In this document: positions 50,352 to 60,158 of the stretch, in pieces
Position numbering within the stretch: position 1 is the stretch's first letter
How the letters are laid out: every line of letters begins with the position of its first letter
Assembly: GCA_903937035.1 (NCBI GenBank)
Contig: CAIZXS010000017.1
Span: 660 to 64,659 of the forward strand
Direction of reading: 5' to 3'
Origin: an uncultured bacterium
GTDB lineage: Bacteria > Patescibacteriota > Minisyncoccia > Moranbacterales > UBA2206
DNA length: 64,000 bases
Position numbers and translations under genes: made by a program
The notes under the pieces: generated by a model
Databases searched by the model: none
Told to the model about the DNA's origin: nothing
What the model saw: the letters and a program-made list of their open reading frames with translations, nothing else

Positions 50352-51296
50352 ATGCAATATTTAGATGAAAAAATTCAAAAGAGAATTGATGACAAATTAG
50401 CATTGTTAAATTCCTTTCGACCACTTCCGATCAGTTCTGTCAGAAAACTCAAAGAACAATTTAAGATAGAAATGACCTATAATTCGAATGCGATTGAAGG
50501 AAATAGTCTAACACTTAAGGAAACCTATCTTGTTATCAACGAAGGACTGACCATTAAAGGCAAGCCGTTAAAAGATCATCTTGAGGCTAAAAATCATCAA
50601 GAAGCCTTAGAATACCTGTATGATTTAGTGGAAAAGGATAAAAAGAATACTTTTTCAGAAAACTTGATTCGTTCACTTAATCAGATAGTGCAGCAAAATA
50701 TTGATAAAGAGTGGGCGGGAAGATATCGAAATAGTGGGGTGATTATCGGTGGTGCCGACCACAGACCACCGGAAGCATTGGAGATTCCAAAGCTTATGCG
50801 AGATCTTGTTGGGTGGGTTGGGAGTAATAATAAAAAAATGCATCCGGTGGACTTGGCAAGCATAGTTCATCACAAGCTTGTTTTTATTCATCCTTTTTTT
50901 GATGGCAATGGTAGAACATCAAGATTAGTTATGAATATTCTTTTAATGCAATCGGGTTTGCCGTTGGTAATTGTTTTGAAAAATGACCGAAAAAAATACT
51001 ATCAAACTTTATCATTTGCAGATAAGGGGGACTACGTGCCTTTTGTAAATTTCATTGCTCGTGCAGTTGAAAGAACATTGGATATCTATCTGAAAATACT
51101 TTCACCGAGCAAAAAAGGCAATGAAAAATATATTTCTCTTGCTGATTTGGCCAAAGAGTCGAAATTTACAGAAAAATATCTCAATCTTCTGGCGCGCAGT
51201 GGAAAATTGGAAGCCCACAAAGAAGGACGTAATTGGATTACGTCCAAAGATGCGCTTAAAAGATACATGGATAGTCGAGAAAGGGTGAGGAAATAA
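50352..51296 (+). CDS. Fic/DOC family protein, class II (intramolecular inhibitory motif) with C-terminal winged-helix
   Basis: Active site HPFFDGNGRTSR; N-terminal SNAIEGN matches (S/T)xxxE(G/N). Confidence 0.88.
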   Translation: MQYLDEKIQKRIDDKLALLNSFRPLPISSVRKLKEQFKIEMTYNSNAIEGNSLTLKETYLVINEGLTIKGKPLKDHLEAKNHQEALEYLYDLVEKDKKNTFSENLIRSLNQIVQQNIDKEWAGRYRNSGVIIGGADHRPPEALEIPKLMRDLVGWVGSNNKKMHPVDLASIVHHKLVFIHPFFDGNGRTSRLVMNILLMQSGLPLVIVLKNDRKKYYQTLSFADKGDYVPFVNFIARAVERTLDIYLKILSPSKKGNEKYISLADLAKESKFTEKYLNLLARSGKLEAHKEGRNWITSKDALKRYMDSRERVRK

Positions 51297-51358
51297 AAAC
51301 CAGCCCAGAAAAAGTTACCTACCGGCTAAAAAAGAATTGGCTCACCCCAAATTCAAGT

Positions 51359-51473
51359 CTGGAATATAAATATACTCTTTCCTTTTCATAAAAATAATTC
51401 TAACGTCCTTTACTACGGCGTGCACTTGAGAATATAACCAAAATTGAGGCTTATTTAAGCCTCAATTTTGGTT
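51359..51473 (+). repeat. Island repeat R2: degenerate tRNA-Trp copy (51359-51424) plus perfect 15-bp-stem hairpin (51436-51473); closest to the native tRNA-Trp 3' flank
   Basis: GTGCACTTGAGAATATAACCAAAATTGAGGCTTATTTAAGCCTC against the native flank GTGCACTTGAGAATAGAACCAACTTGAGGCTTGGATAAGGCCTC at 45825-45873. Confidence 0.85.
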
Positions 51474-51540
51474 ATAATAGTTAGTATTGCATATAAAAAG
51501 TGGTTAATTTATCTTATTTTATCACAATATTAACGATATA

Positions 51541-51581
51541 TTGACAATAATACGTTAATACTGTATACTTAATGTATAATA
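51541..51581 (+). promoter_or_regulatory. Sigma-70 promoter TTGACA-17-TATACT (plus downstream TATAAT) for fic-2
   Basis: Consensus hexamers. Confidence 0.55.
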
Positions 51582-51594
51582 TTAACTAAAAAAT

Positions 51595-52494
51595 ATGCCA
51601 ATTACAAATCCGATTAAAAAGCGCATTGGGGCACTAAAAAGTGAATATGACAAGCTTCGCAAAGGAAAAGAGTCCCTGCTGGTTTTACTTGATGAGGCTG
51701 AAATTCCAGAGAGTGTTTATAATTCTAATGCTATTGAAAATTCAACGCTGACATTAAAAGAAACTGAAAAAATTCTCTTGGAAATGGAGGTTTCTCGCGA
51801 TGTGAGTGTGCGGGAAGTTTATGAGGCAAAAAATTTATCTAGAGTTATTAATTATATCCGAGATAAATCCAAAGAAAAAGAGATTGATAAGGAATTAATT
51901 TTGTTACTTCATCAAATGCTAATTGGTGGAATCAATGATGAATTTGCTGGGAGATTTAGAAGTGCAGGTGAGTATGTGCGAGTTGGGACACACGTGGCTC
52001 CAGCTCCAGAAAAAGTTGCCGCGATGATTGAAGATCTATTAAACTATTATACCAATAATTTAGATAAATATTTTTTAGATAAAATTGCCAAATTTCATCT
52101 GGATTTCGAAACAATACATCCTTTTTGTGATGGTAATGGAAGAATTGGTAGAGTTCTTTTGAATTATCAATTTTTGAGACTTGGACTCCCAATGATAATT
52201 ATTCGTGATAAAGAAAAAGCGCAATACTATAAATCATTTGGCGATTATCGTTATCAAGAAAATTCAAAGACAATGGAAAAGGTTTTAGCACTTGCACTCA
52301 CGGAATCACTGCACAAAAGAATCGCATATCTAAAAGGTGAGGAAATTATTAAATTGTCTGAATATGCAAAAAAGAATGAGCAATCAGTGCATGCACTCCT
52401 GAATGCTGCTAGAAGACAAAATATTCCCGCTTTCAGAGAAAAAGGTGTTTGGAAAATTGGTGTGTTATTTGCATATAATAATAAACAGACGTAG
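51595..52494 (+). CDS. Fic/DOC family protein, class II, second tandem copy
   Basis: Active site HPFCDGNGRIGR; inhibitory motif SNAIENS. Confidence 0.88.
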   Translation: MPITNPIKKRIGALKSEYDKLRKGKESLLVLLDEAEIPESVYNSNAIENSTLTLKETEKILLEMEVSRDVSVREVYEAKNLSRVINYIRDKSKEKEIDKELILLLHQMLIGGINDEFAGRFRSAGEYVRVGTHVAPAPEKVAAMIEDLLNYYTNNLDKYFLDKIAKFHLDFETIHPFCDGNGRIGRVLLNYQFLRLGLPMIIIRDKEKAQYYKSFGDYRYQENSKTMEKVLALALTESLHKRIAYLKGEEIIKLSEYAKKNEQSVHALLNAARRQNIPAFREKGVWKIGVLFAYNNKQT

Positions 52495-52680
52495 CTGATG
52501 GGCATTACTCGGTAGTTTACGGACTGGATAATGAAAATATCTATCTTCAAAATCCAGAGACTGGTGGTTCGCGAAAGCTAGATAAAGAAGATTTTATGAC
52601 AGTTTGGTTTGATTTCACTGGAAAGTATATCAATGCCGATGAATTGATAATTAGCCAAATCATTGCAATTTATCGCTAAT
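52485..52680 (+). pseudogene. 3' remnant of a C39-like (papain-fold) peptidase gene, no start codon
   Basis: Open frame reads DGHYSVVYGLDNENIYLQNPETGGSRKLDKEDFMTVWFDFTG, typical of the C-terminus of Peptidase_C39-like domains. It abuts the upstream arm of repeat R3. Confidence 0.5.
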
Positions 52681-52684
52681 AATA

Positions 52685-52853
52685 TAGCGAGTGACACTCT
52701 GGGGTGGTTATGTTTTTAAACCAAAATCGGGAATATAAATATGTTCTTTCCTCTGCATAAAAATAGTTCTAACGTTTCGGACTATGACGTGCAGACATAA
52801 AAAAGAGGCTTTGATTGGTCTCTTTTTTGGTGGGGCAGTGGGAAGTTAGAACT
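52685..52853 (+). repeat. Island repeat R3: degenerate tRNA-Trp copy (52728-52793), hairpin, GGGCAGTGGGAAGTTAGAAC box
   Basis: Collinear with R1 over ~170 bp. Confidence 0.8.
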
Positions 52854-52854
52854 G

Positions 52855-52863
52855 TGCTATAAT
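52855..52863 (+). promoter_or_regulatory. Extended -10 element TGCTATAAT
   Basis: Consensus extended -10, 27 nt upstream of the ATG at 52890. Confidence 0.45.
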
Positions 52864-52889
52864 ATTGATATAAATTTATCTTTAAAAAT

Positions 52890-53687
52890 ATGAGCAAAAA
52901 AATCGCCTTTGGCGTAATTGGTGTTCTTGGTTTTTTAAAAATCATCTTGTTAATTATTACGGGCAGTATTTTCGGTATTGTTTATTGTTCAACATGGCTG
53001 GCTTGGTTTTTGCTAATCATATTTGCAATATTTATTTGGTTTTTTTATGGTTTCGCTTTTAAAACTCTTTATTCTTGGAAATTTATAATAATTTTCTTGG
53101 TAACAATTACAGCTATCATCTGTGTAATCGGTTTTTTTACTCATGCGATAAGATTTGGAAGTGATACAGGCGTACCAAATAATTTATCCAGCTCTGATGC
53201 TAAATTAAAAAAAGTTAACAGCGCTAATGATGTGGTATTAGTTGATTGCACTGCCACTAAAGATGCTAAAATTGAAAAAGTAGCAGGTTGGAATACTTAT
53301 CTATATCCAGCAAAAAAAACTAGTCCCATGCCGGATCCTGATAAGAAGATGGATCTGCAGGAATCATATTCATTAGCTAAATTGTTAAACAAAACAGAAG
53401 AAGGTAATGTTTATTATAAGGTTGAGCTAATAAATAGGGGTTATATACCCAGAGAAACCAAGAAGATTCTTGAGATTTGTAATGAAGATAATAAAACGAC
53501 AGAATATAACACTACCGTTACCACTAAGGATGGCGGTGCTTCGGAAAATGTTGTTGCCTCTGTCGGAAGCATCTTTTCATATTTTGTTCCTAGTAAAACT
53601 GGAAAATATCGTATTGATGCTTGGCTTTTTGCTAATGGGAAATGGATACTCACTGATAGGATTGAGCAGATAAATATTGTTGATTAG
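52890..53687 (+). CDS. Membrane protein with three N-terminal TM helices and a soluble C-terminal domain, hypothetical
   Basis: 265 aa; hydrophobic N-terminal third. Confidence 0.55.
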   Translation: MSKKIAFGVIGVLGFLKIILLIITGSIFGIVYCSTWLAWFLLIIFAIFIWFFYGFAFKTLYSWKFIIIFLVTITAIICVIGFFTHAIRFGSDTGVPNNLSSSDAKLKKVNSANDVVLVDCTATKDAKIEKVAGWNTYLYPAKKTSPMPDPDKKMDLQESYSLAKLLNKTEEGNVYYKVELINRGYIPRETKKILEICNEDNKTTEYNTTVTTKDGGASENVVASVGSIFSYFVPSKTGKYRIDAWLFANGKWILTDRIEQINIVD

Positions 53688-53745
53688 GAGTACATAGAAA
53701 AATAGTTTATTAATGTGAAAATGTATATAGCTAAATATTTAAAGA

Positions 53746-55104
53746 TTGAATCCAGATATTATGCGTAAAATTATAATTATTCTCATAATACTATTATTGA
53801 ATTTGAGTTTAATTTTACCAGCATTGGCCGAGGAAAAAATTTTTCCACAATCGGATTTTTTTCTCTATCTGGGAATTAGAAATGCGGCAGCTGGAATAGG
53901 TCCTGGTAAAATTGAAAAGATTTTATTTAGTTCGTCTCATGTAGACATGCGGGCTGGTAAAATAACTGCTGATCGGAATATTCCAATTAATTTTACACAA
54001 GGAGTTGAGGATGTCAGTGGCAATGCTCACTTAAGAATGGATGGGGATTATGACAAGAGTGATGGCAGGCTCTCTGGTTATTTTTCTATTGTCTCCAATG
54101 TGAAAGTTGTCTGGCACGGGGCTTTTGACAGCAATACGGATTGGGTGGAAACGATTAACGGATCGTTTAGTGGCCAGGTTGTCGATGAAAAGGTGATTAT
54201 ACGCTACAATGGAAAATCCAGCACAGAATCACATGAAGGAATGGCAGACGGCAAAGTAAGGAATAGATCTGAAGTCAATGACTATACTTCAGTTGTTGCT
54301 TGGCGTATGAATGACTACAAAGCACCAGAAGTACCAGTAGTGTCAGAAATTGATAAGGAATTTTTAGACAAAGACGGAAAGCCAGTTGATTCGCGGGCAC
54401 GCTTTGGATCACGAGATGGGCAGGTGGAAATTCATATTCCAGGTGAGCCGGAGGACGTATGGCACATTGCTACTCCAATAACAGTCATACCATATGGCGC
54501 TAGAATCAAGACAGATGACGATAGCGAGGCGATTATTTCCTTTCCTGATCATACGATATTTAAAATGAAACCAGAATCGACGATAATAATATCTAAGCCA
54601 CCAACAGATAATGATAGTAAATGGAAATTAGTAGCCGGAAATATTTGGGTTAATGTAAAAAAAGTGTTGAAAGATGGAACTATGGAGATTGATGTAAATC
54701 AGGCAGTGGCTGGAAAGAAGGGCACGACATTTGTTGCCTCGCAAATAGGAGACAACTCAGTATTCAAGGTTATTGAAGGCGAGATGTTTATCAAGGCCAA
54801 AAATAGTGACGAAACTGCCGATATTGTTGGTGGTCAACAAGCGACGATTGATAGCACTGGTAGGATAGTAAAAGAAAACTTTGATATTATTGCCGAGCAA
54901 GATACTTGGGATAAATCGGAAAAAGTTGATTTTGCAATGTTGGAAAAAGCCTTGCCGGCAGAAAGCACAGCGGAATTAGTGATTCAAGGTTCTCGTGATG
55001 ATAAACCTAAAAATAAAAACATTTTCTATATAATTGGCGGGTTGATTTTGATTGGCGGAATTTTTGTAGGTTTTTTTAAAAGAAAAAAAGTAAATATAAG
55101 TTAA
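53746..55104 (+). CDS. Secreted/anchored FecR-domain protein (signal peptide and C-terminal TM)
   Basis: FecR-like beta-rich segment ISFPDHTIFKMKPESTIII...VAGNIWVNVKK...AVAGKKGTTFVASQ...VIEGEMFI. Confidence 0.6.
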   Translation: MNPDIMRKIIIILIILLLNLSLILPALAEEKIFPQSDFFLYLGIRNAAAGIGPGKIEKILFSSSHVDMRAGKITADRNIPINFTQGVEDVSGNAHLRMDGDYDKSDGRLSGYFSIVSNVKVVWHGAFDSNTDWVETINGSFSGQVVDEKVIIRYNGKSSTESHEGMADGKVRNRSEVNDYTSVVAWRMNDYKAPEVPVVSEIDKEFLDKDGKPVDSRARFGSRDGQVEIHIPGEPEDVWHIATPITVIPYGARIKTDDDSEAIISFPDHTIFKMKPESTIIISKPPTDNDSKWKLVAGNIWVNVKKVLKDGTMEIDVNQAVAGKKGTTFVASQIGDNSVFKVIEGEMFIKAKNSDETADIVGGQQATIDSTGRIVKENFDIIAEQDTWDKSEKVDFAMLEKALPAESTAELVIQGSRDDKPKNKNIFYIIGGLILIGGIFVGFFKRKKVNIS

Positions 55105-55201
55105 TTAACCAAATCTACCATCGTAGCAGAAAGGCTTGGAATATAAACATCTTGGCTATTTTCTTGAAATAAATTTTTAACGTCCCTTATTATCCCGTGC
55201 A
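55105..55201 (+). repeat. Island repeat R4: TAATTAACCAAAT box at the stop codon plus degenerate tRNA-Trp copy (55138-55201)
   Basis: GGAATATAAACAT...TTTTTAACGTCCCTTATTATCCCGTGCA. Confidence 0.75.
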
Positions 55202-55253
55202 GATTAGAAAATTCAAAAATTCAAAAGCCAGCTGATACGAGGATGGTTTTTTG

Positions 55254-55262
55254 TGGTATAAT
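55254..55262 (+). promoter_or_regulatory. Extended -10 element TGGTATAAT
   Basis: 44 nt upstream of the ATG at 55306. Confidence 0.4.
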
Positions 55263-55305
55263 GAAATAGTAAAAATTCTTTTTTAAAAAGTAAAATAGAA
55301 AAATA

Positions 55306-56805
55306 ATGAAAAATAAGACATCGATAGTTGCCGCTCTTTTTTTAGCGGTAATGATTTTTATGGGCCTGAAAATTGATATGGCACGGGCAGGCGATCCTTT
55401 TGCTGCTTCTTTCGTAACTCCTCCAACTCCAGTAGACCTCTCTACTATTGATGGCACATCTGCAGAAATATCAGTTTCAACGAACAAGTCCGCTCAACAC
55501 TATGTTTTGAATAATTTTGATAATTCACTGATTGGCTGGTGGAGAGGGGAAGGTGACGCATTGGATGCTTCAGGGAATGGAAATGATGGGACGTTAATCG
55601 GGGGCGCGACTTATGCCACCGGAAAGTTTGGGCAAGCTTTCAGTTTGGATGGCGAGGATGACTATATTGATATGGAAAGTTCTTCAAGTTTGAATTTGCA
55701 ACATAGCTTTACAATGTCTGCTTGGGTTAAAACCGATACTATTTTTATAGGGACTCAAAGAATTCTTGGAAGAGTAGGGGCGCCCATTGGCGAAGACTTA
55801 GGTGGTGATGGATATGGCTGGGGGATAGTGGGGAATCAACTTAGATTTACAACATTTAACAAGCAGGATTACGACAGTACACTTGCAGATATCAATCCTG
55901 ATACGTGGTATCACTTGGCGATTGTTTTCGATTCAAATAATGCTGTTAGTTTCTATGTGGATGGCGAATATCTTGAAACTATTGCCGGATATGAGTCTGG
56001 GGATGATGTTTCGGAGGCAAATTTTACAATAGGTAATACTACATATTTCCAAGAACCGTGGAGTGGCTCTATTGACGATGTCGCTATTTTTGACAGAGTT
56101 TTATCGGAAGGCGAGATTAGTTCGCTATATAATGCTTTTGCAACTCAATACGATAACACTTTTACTGGTTTGGCTCGTGGTGAGCACACAACTCAAGCGC
56201 ACGCCGTTGATTTAGATGGAAATAAAGCTTCAACTGAAGAAAGGACGTTTACTGTTGGAGAGGAATCCGAAGCTGTCGAAGAAGAAGCGCAAAAAGCCCA
56301 CATTGATTCCTGGGAGTATTCTTTATTTACTGACCAAAGTTCATGTCCAGAAAAACTAAAACTTGAAATCAAGGGCAAACATTTCAAAGCGAATGCTAAA
56401 GTTAAGATTGGTAACAAAAAAGCCGCAGTGGTAGACAAAAAATCCAGCAAAAAACTAGTTGCCAGTTTTTGTATCGACAAGCTTCTTGATAATAAGCCAG
56501 GAACAAAACGCACAGTGAGTGTCAAAAATCCTGATACTGACACCGAAAAAGCGGACAAAAAGATTGATCTTTCTGTCCTCACCGGATTCAGTAATAACAA
56601 TATTCCACAAGGCAATTCTGAATGGGTCAAAAACATTCAAAGCGCTCTAGTGAAGCTGGGTTATCTTGATAGCCAATATGTAACCGGAGTTTATGGACCA
56701 ATCACTACCAAAGCTGTCAAAAAATTTCAAGCAGACAATGGCATAGAACAAACAGGTACGGTGGGACCGATCACGAAAGCTAAGCTCGTAGAGAAGGTGA
56801 AATAG
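55306..56805 (+). CDS. Secreted LamG/concanavalin-A-like lectin domain protein with C-terminal peptidoglycan-binding domain
   Basis: Signal peptide; LamG-type motifs FTMSAWVKTD...WYHLAIVFD...FYVDGEY...GSIDDVAIFDRVLSEGEI; PG_binding_1-like VKNIQSALVKLGYL...GVYGPITTKAVKKFQADNGIEQTG. Confidence 0.75.
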   Translation: MKNKTSIVAALFLAVMIFMGLKIDMARAGDPFAASFVTPPTPVDLSTIDGTSAEISVSTNKSAQHYVLNNFDNSLIGWWRGEGDALDASGNGNDGTLIGGATYATGKFGQAFSLDGEDDYIDMESSSSLNLQHSFTMSAWVKTDTIFIGTQRILGRVGAPIGEDLGGDGYGWGIVGNQLRFTTFNKQDYDSTLADINPDTWYHLAIVFDSNNAVSFYVDGEYLETIAGYESGDDVSEANFTIGNTTYFQEPWSGSIDDVAIFDRVLSEGEISSLYNAFATQYDNTFTGLARGEHTTQAHAVDLDGNKASTEERTFTVGEESEAVEEEAQKAHIDSWEYSLFTDQSSCPEKLKLEIKGKHFKANAKVKIGNKKAAVVDKKSSKKLVASFCIDKLLDNKPGTKRTVSVKNPDTDTEKADKKIDLSVLTGFSNNNIPQGNSEWVKNIQSALVKLGYLDSQYVTGVYGPITTKAVKKFQADNGIEQTGTVGPITKAKLVEKVK

Positions 56806-56925
56806 GACTAATTAACCAAATTCACCGCTGTGGGAAAGAGATCTGGAATATAAACATGCTTCTTTTTGTTCGTCTTAGCTACCCGTGCAATCAAAAAACA
56901 AGGCTTATATAGAGCCTTATTTGAG
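56806..56925 (+). repeat. Island repeat R5: TAATTAACCAAAT box, shortened tRNA-Trp-like copy (56845-56889), hairpin (56900-56918)
   Basis: GGAATATAAACAT...CTTAGCTACCCGTGCA. Confidence 0.7.
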
Positions 56926-56980
56926 TGTCAGCGGTATTGACAAAATAGTAAATGAAGTATATGCTAATTAGTTAATGATA

Positions 56981-57008
56981 GGTCTTTGACAATTTACGAA
57001 GAAATGCA
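56981..57008 (+). promoter_or_regulatory. Shared 26-28-nt box GGTCTTTGACAATTTAYGARAAATG upstream of histidine-kinase gene 1 (second copy at 60712-60737)
   Basis: Near-identical sequence containing TTGACA precedes both hybrid kinase genes. Confidence 0.5.
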
Positions 57009-57317
57009 AGTAAAAAGGAGGTGAGAAGCTTGAAGGTTGATTTTATTCGGTTGTTTCTGAGACTTTGTTGTCTGGGATTCATCTTGGGCAGATTCAAAAA
57101 AAGAGAATTAAGGAATGGGCGGGAACGAGGTTTCGTGACCGCGGTTTGTCCTCGGCCAGCAGGCCGCTGGATCATGGGAAATGATTTTCTTTATGAATCT
57201 GAACGGGCCATCTCGAAAGAAATTAAAAAAGGAGACTGGGTTGTCTACTTTGGTTATCGTTCGTCTTCTGGATGGAAGGCGAGGTTGGTTGCAAAAATAT
57301 TTTGAAAGGAGGAAGTT

Positions 57318-60077
57318 ATGAACAAGAAAGAGATGCTTGGAAATATTGAAGCACGGTTTGCGTTTAGTATTCAGATGAGAGAAAGTCAGGAGAGATGCAG
57401 TGCAATTTTTGACCAGTCTCCGATAGCGATAGAGTTTTACGATGCCGCTGGCGGTTTGGTTGCAGTAAATAGGGCCTGTCTTGATTTGTTCGGTGTGGTG
57501 AATGAGGCCGAGGTCCTTGGATTCAAGATGTTTGAAGACCCTAACATTACTGATGAGGTAAAAACAAGACTGTTGAATAAGGAAATAGTAAGGTTTGCGG
57601 TTGACTTCAGCTTTGATAAAGTGAAACAACTGAAGCTTTATGAAACCACCCATTCAGGGATAAAGACACTGGATTGGTGTATTTCACCGCTCATAGAAGA
57701 AAGTTTGTTAATAGGGTATGTTATGCACATACAGGATATCACCGAACGTAAGCTGGCAGAGGAAGCAGTTCGAAAAAGCGAAGAAAACTATCGACTTATC
57801 GCCGACAATACCGGTGACGTTATTACGGTACTGAATATGGACTTGCAATTCACCTATATCAGTCCGTCAGTTTTTCAGCTGAGCGGATTTACGGTTGAAG
57901 AAGTTTTAAATAAGTCCGTTGATCAGATAGTAACAGCCGGTTCATTGTCGGTATTTGTTAAGAATTTCGAAGAGGAGCTGGTATTGGAAGCTTCTGGAAA
58001 TGCGAACCCTCAAAGAATTCGTACAATTGAAGTGGAGGAGTATCGAAAAGACGGTTCCTTATTCTGGATGGAGATAAATTTGTCATTCATACGCAATCAG
58101 GAAGGGATGCCCTTGGGGGTAATTGCAGTTATCCGTGATGTTTCTAGCCGCAAGAAAACAGAAATAGCATTACATAGGAGTGAAGAAATGTATCGGTTGA
58201 TAGCCGATAATATGGCTGATGTCATCTCAATCATAGATTTGAATTTAAGGTTCACGTATGTCAGTCCTTCTATTTCTCGCCTTTACGGAATTCCAGCTGA
58301 AGAGCTGATGAATCAGCCTATTGATAAACTAATAACTCCTAAATCCATGAAGCATGTGCTATCAATTTTCGAGAAAGAAATAGCATTGGAGGCGCTAGGA
58401 ACGGCAGATCCTCAAAGGATCACCACGTTGGAGTTAGAGCATTATTGGAAAGATGCTACCCCTTTGTTTTGGATGGAAGTCAGTTCGTCCTTTTTACGTG
58501 ACCAGGACAAGAAAGTTATGGGAATGATTGCGGTGAGCCGTGACATCACAGAGCGCAAGCAGACGGATGAAACTCTGCTGAAAGAGCGCGAACGTCTCAA
58601 GGGTGTCATAGAAGGTACTAATGTCGGGATCTGGGAATGGAATGTCCAGACCGGGGAAGTAGTTTTTAATGATCGTTGGGCTGAAATCATTGGGTACAGC
58701 TTGGATGAAATTTCTCCAGTATCGATTGAGACTTGGACGAAATACGCTCATCCTGACGATGTGGAGAGCAGTGGTGCGTTGCTTGAAAAGCATTTCCGTG
58801 GCGAGATTGGCTATTATGAGTTCGATTCTCGTATGAAACATAAAGACGGAAATTGGATCTGGGTTCTGGATAGAGGAAAGGTGGCATCCTGGACAGAAGA
58901 TGGGAAGCCACTGATGATGATGGGGACGCATCAAGACATCACTGAACGCAAAAGGATGCGAAAGGCATTGATTGAGGCGGAACGCCTTAGCGCCATTGGA
59001 GAGCTTTCATCGGGCGTGGCGCATGACTTCAATAATGCCCTGGAGGTGATAAATGGAAATTTGGAAATGGCATTGTTTGTTCCAAATATTCCTCAGGAAG
59101 TCACAGAGTTGATCAAGCGTTCCAGAAAAAGTGCGAATGATGCGGCAGCTCGTATTCGACAACTGCAACGTTTCACGAAAAAAGAGCAGCATAGCGAATA
59201 TCAACCGCTTGATCTCAATGTGGTTCTGGATGAAGCAATTCTTCAGACCAGACCGCTCTGGAAGGATATGGCGGAAAAAAAGGGACTGCAAATTTCTTTC
59301 CAAAGAACCCATGGAAAGATAAGACATGTCGATGGAGACTTGGGAGAGATCGGTAGTGCTTTCCATAATCTCATCAAAAATGCTATTGAAGCTATGCCTA
59401 TTGGCGGTGTGATTAATATTGAAACAGGAATGATTGGTGAAAAAGTCTTTGTCAGGATTGGAGATGCCGGGATAGGGATGGATGATGAAATTAAAAAAAG
59501 AATTTTTCAACCATTTTTTTCAACCAAAGGGCTCGAGCCAGGACGAGGACTCGGAATGAGTGCCGTTGCCTCTATTGTCAGCGATCATGGCGGAGTGGTT
59601 TATGTCAAAGAAACGATTGTCGGAAAAGGCACAACGATTGAAATGTTGCTTCCCGTTGGAACGTTAAGAGCGATAGAGGTAAAAATCATCGAACCGAGTG
59701 TTCAAAAAGACCTTATCCGCGTGCTCTGGGTGGATGATGAAGAAGCCATTAGGACATTGGGACGGATGTATATGGAAAAATTAGGTTATTTTTCCGACAT
59801 AGCCAATGGAGGACTGGAAGCGCTAGAGCTCTTGCGGAATAATCATTATGATCTGGTCATCAGTGACATTGGAATGCCAGGGATGGATGGCTGGCAGTTA
59901 GCGGAGGCGATAAAAAATACGCACCCTGAAGTGAAGGTTGTGATTGTCTCTGGCTGGGGATCAGAGGCTGGCACTGATAAGAAGATCAGATATGGCGTCA
60001 GTCATATCTTAGGAAAGCCCACAAGCATGAATAAACTAAAAGAGATGATTGGAGCGGTGTTTCAATCAAAAATGTAA
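57318..60077 (+). CDS. Hybrid sensor histidine kinase (multiple PAS, HisKA, HATPase_c, C-terminal receiver)
   Basis: HisKA H-box LSSGVAHDFNNAL; ATPase G-boxes; receiver VLWVDDEEAI...DLVISDIGMPGMDG. RBS GGAGG before the ATG. Confidence 0.88.
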   Translation: MNKKEMLGNIEARFAFSIQMRESQERCSAIFDQSPIAIEFYDAAGGLVAVNRACLDLFGVVNEAEVLGFKMFEDPNITDEVKTRLLNKEIVRFAVDFSFDKVKQLKLYETTHSGIKTLDWCISPLIEESLLIGYVMHIQDITERKLAEEAVRKSEENYRLIADNTGDVITVLNMDLQFTYISPSVFQLSGFTVEEVLNKSVDQIVTAGSLSVFVKNFEEELVLEASGNANPQRIRTIEVEEYRKDGSLFWMEINLSFIRNQEGMPLGVIAVIRDVSSRKKTEIALHRSEEMYRLIADNMADVISIIDLNLRFTYVSPSISRLYGIPAEELMNQPIDKLITPKSMKHVLSIFEKEIALEALGTADPQRITTLELEHYWKDATPLFWMEVSSSFLRDQDKKVMGMIAVSRDITERKQTDETLLKERERLKGVIEGTNVGIWEWNVQTGEVVFNDRWAEIIGYSLDEISPVSIETWTKYAHPDDVESSGALLEKHFRGEIGYYEFDSRMKHKDGNWIWVLDRGKVASWTEDGKPLMMMGTHQDITERKRMRKALIEAERLSAIGELSSGVAHDFNNALEVINGNLEMALFVPNIPQEVTELIKRSRKSANDAAARIRQLQRFTKKEQHSEYQPLDLNVVLDEAILQTRPLWKDMAEKKGLQISFQRTHGKIRHVDGDLGEIGSAFHNLIKNAIEAMPIGGVINIETGMIGEKVFVRIGDAGIGMDDEIKKRIFQPFFSTKGLEPGRGLGMSAVASIVSDHGGVVYVKETIVGKGTTIEMLLPVGTLRAIEVKIIEPSVQKDLIRVLWVDDEEAIRTLGRMYMEKLGYFSDIANGGLEALELLRNNHYDLVISDIGMPGMDGWQLAEAIKNTHPEVKVVIVSGWGSEAGTDKKIRYGVSHILGKPTSMNKLKEMIGAVFQSKM

Positions 60078-60092
60078 CTGTTTTTCAAACAC

Positions 60093-60124
60093 CCTGGTGT
60101 CATAATTGATGCCAGGGTTTTTTA
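60093..60124 (+). terminator. Rho-independent terminator
   Basis: CCCTGG...CCAGGG hairpin followed by T7. Confidence 0.7.
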
Positions 60125-60158
60125 TTCGCGAATAATGATGAGAGGGGGCGTTTTTCTA

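Noticed and set aside
57021-57305. 94-aa GTG-start ORF overlapping the kinase-1 promoter box
   Set aside because: It starts inside the shared regulatory box, has no motif and ends at the kinase start, so it is doubtful; not listed as a feature.
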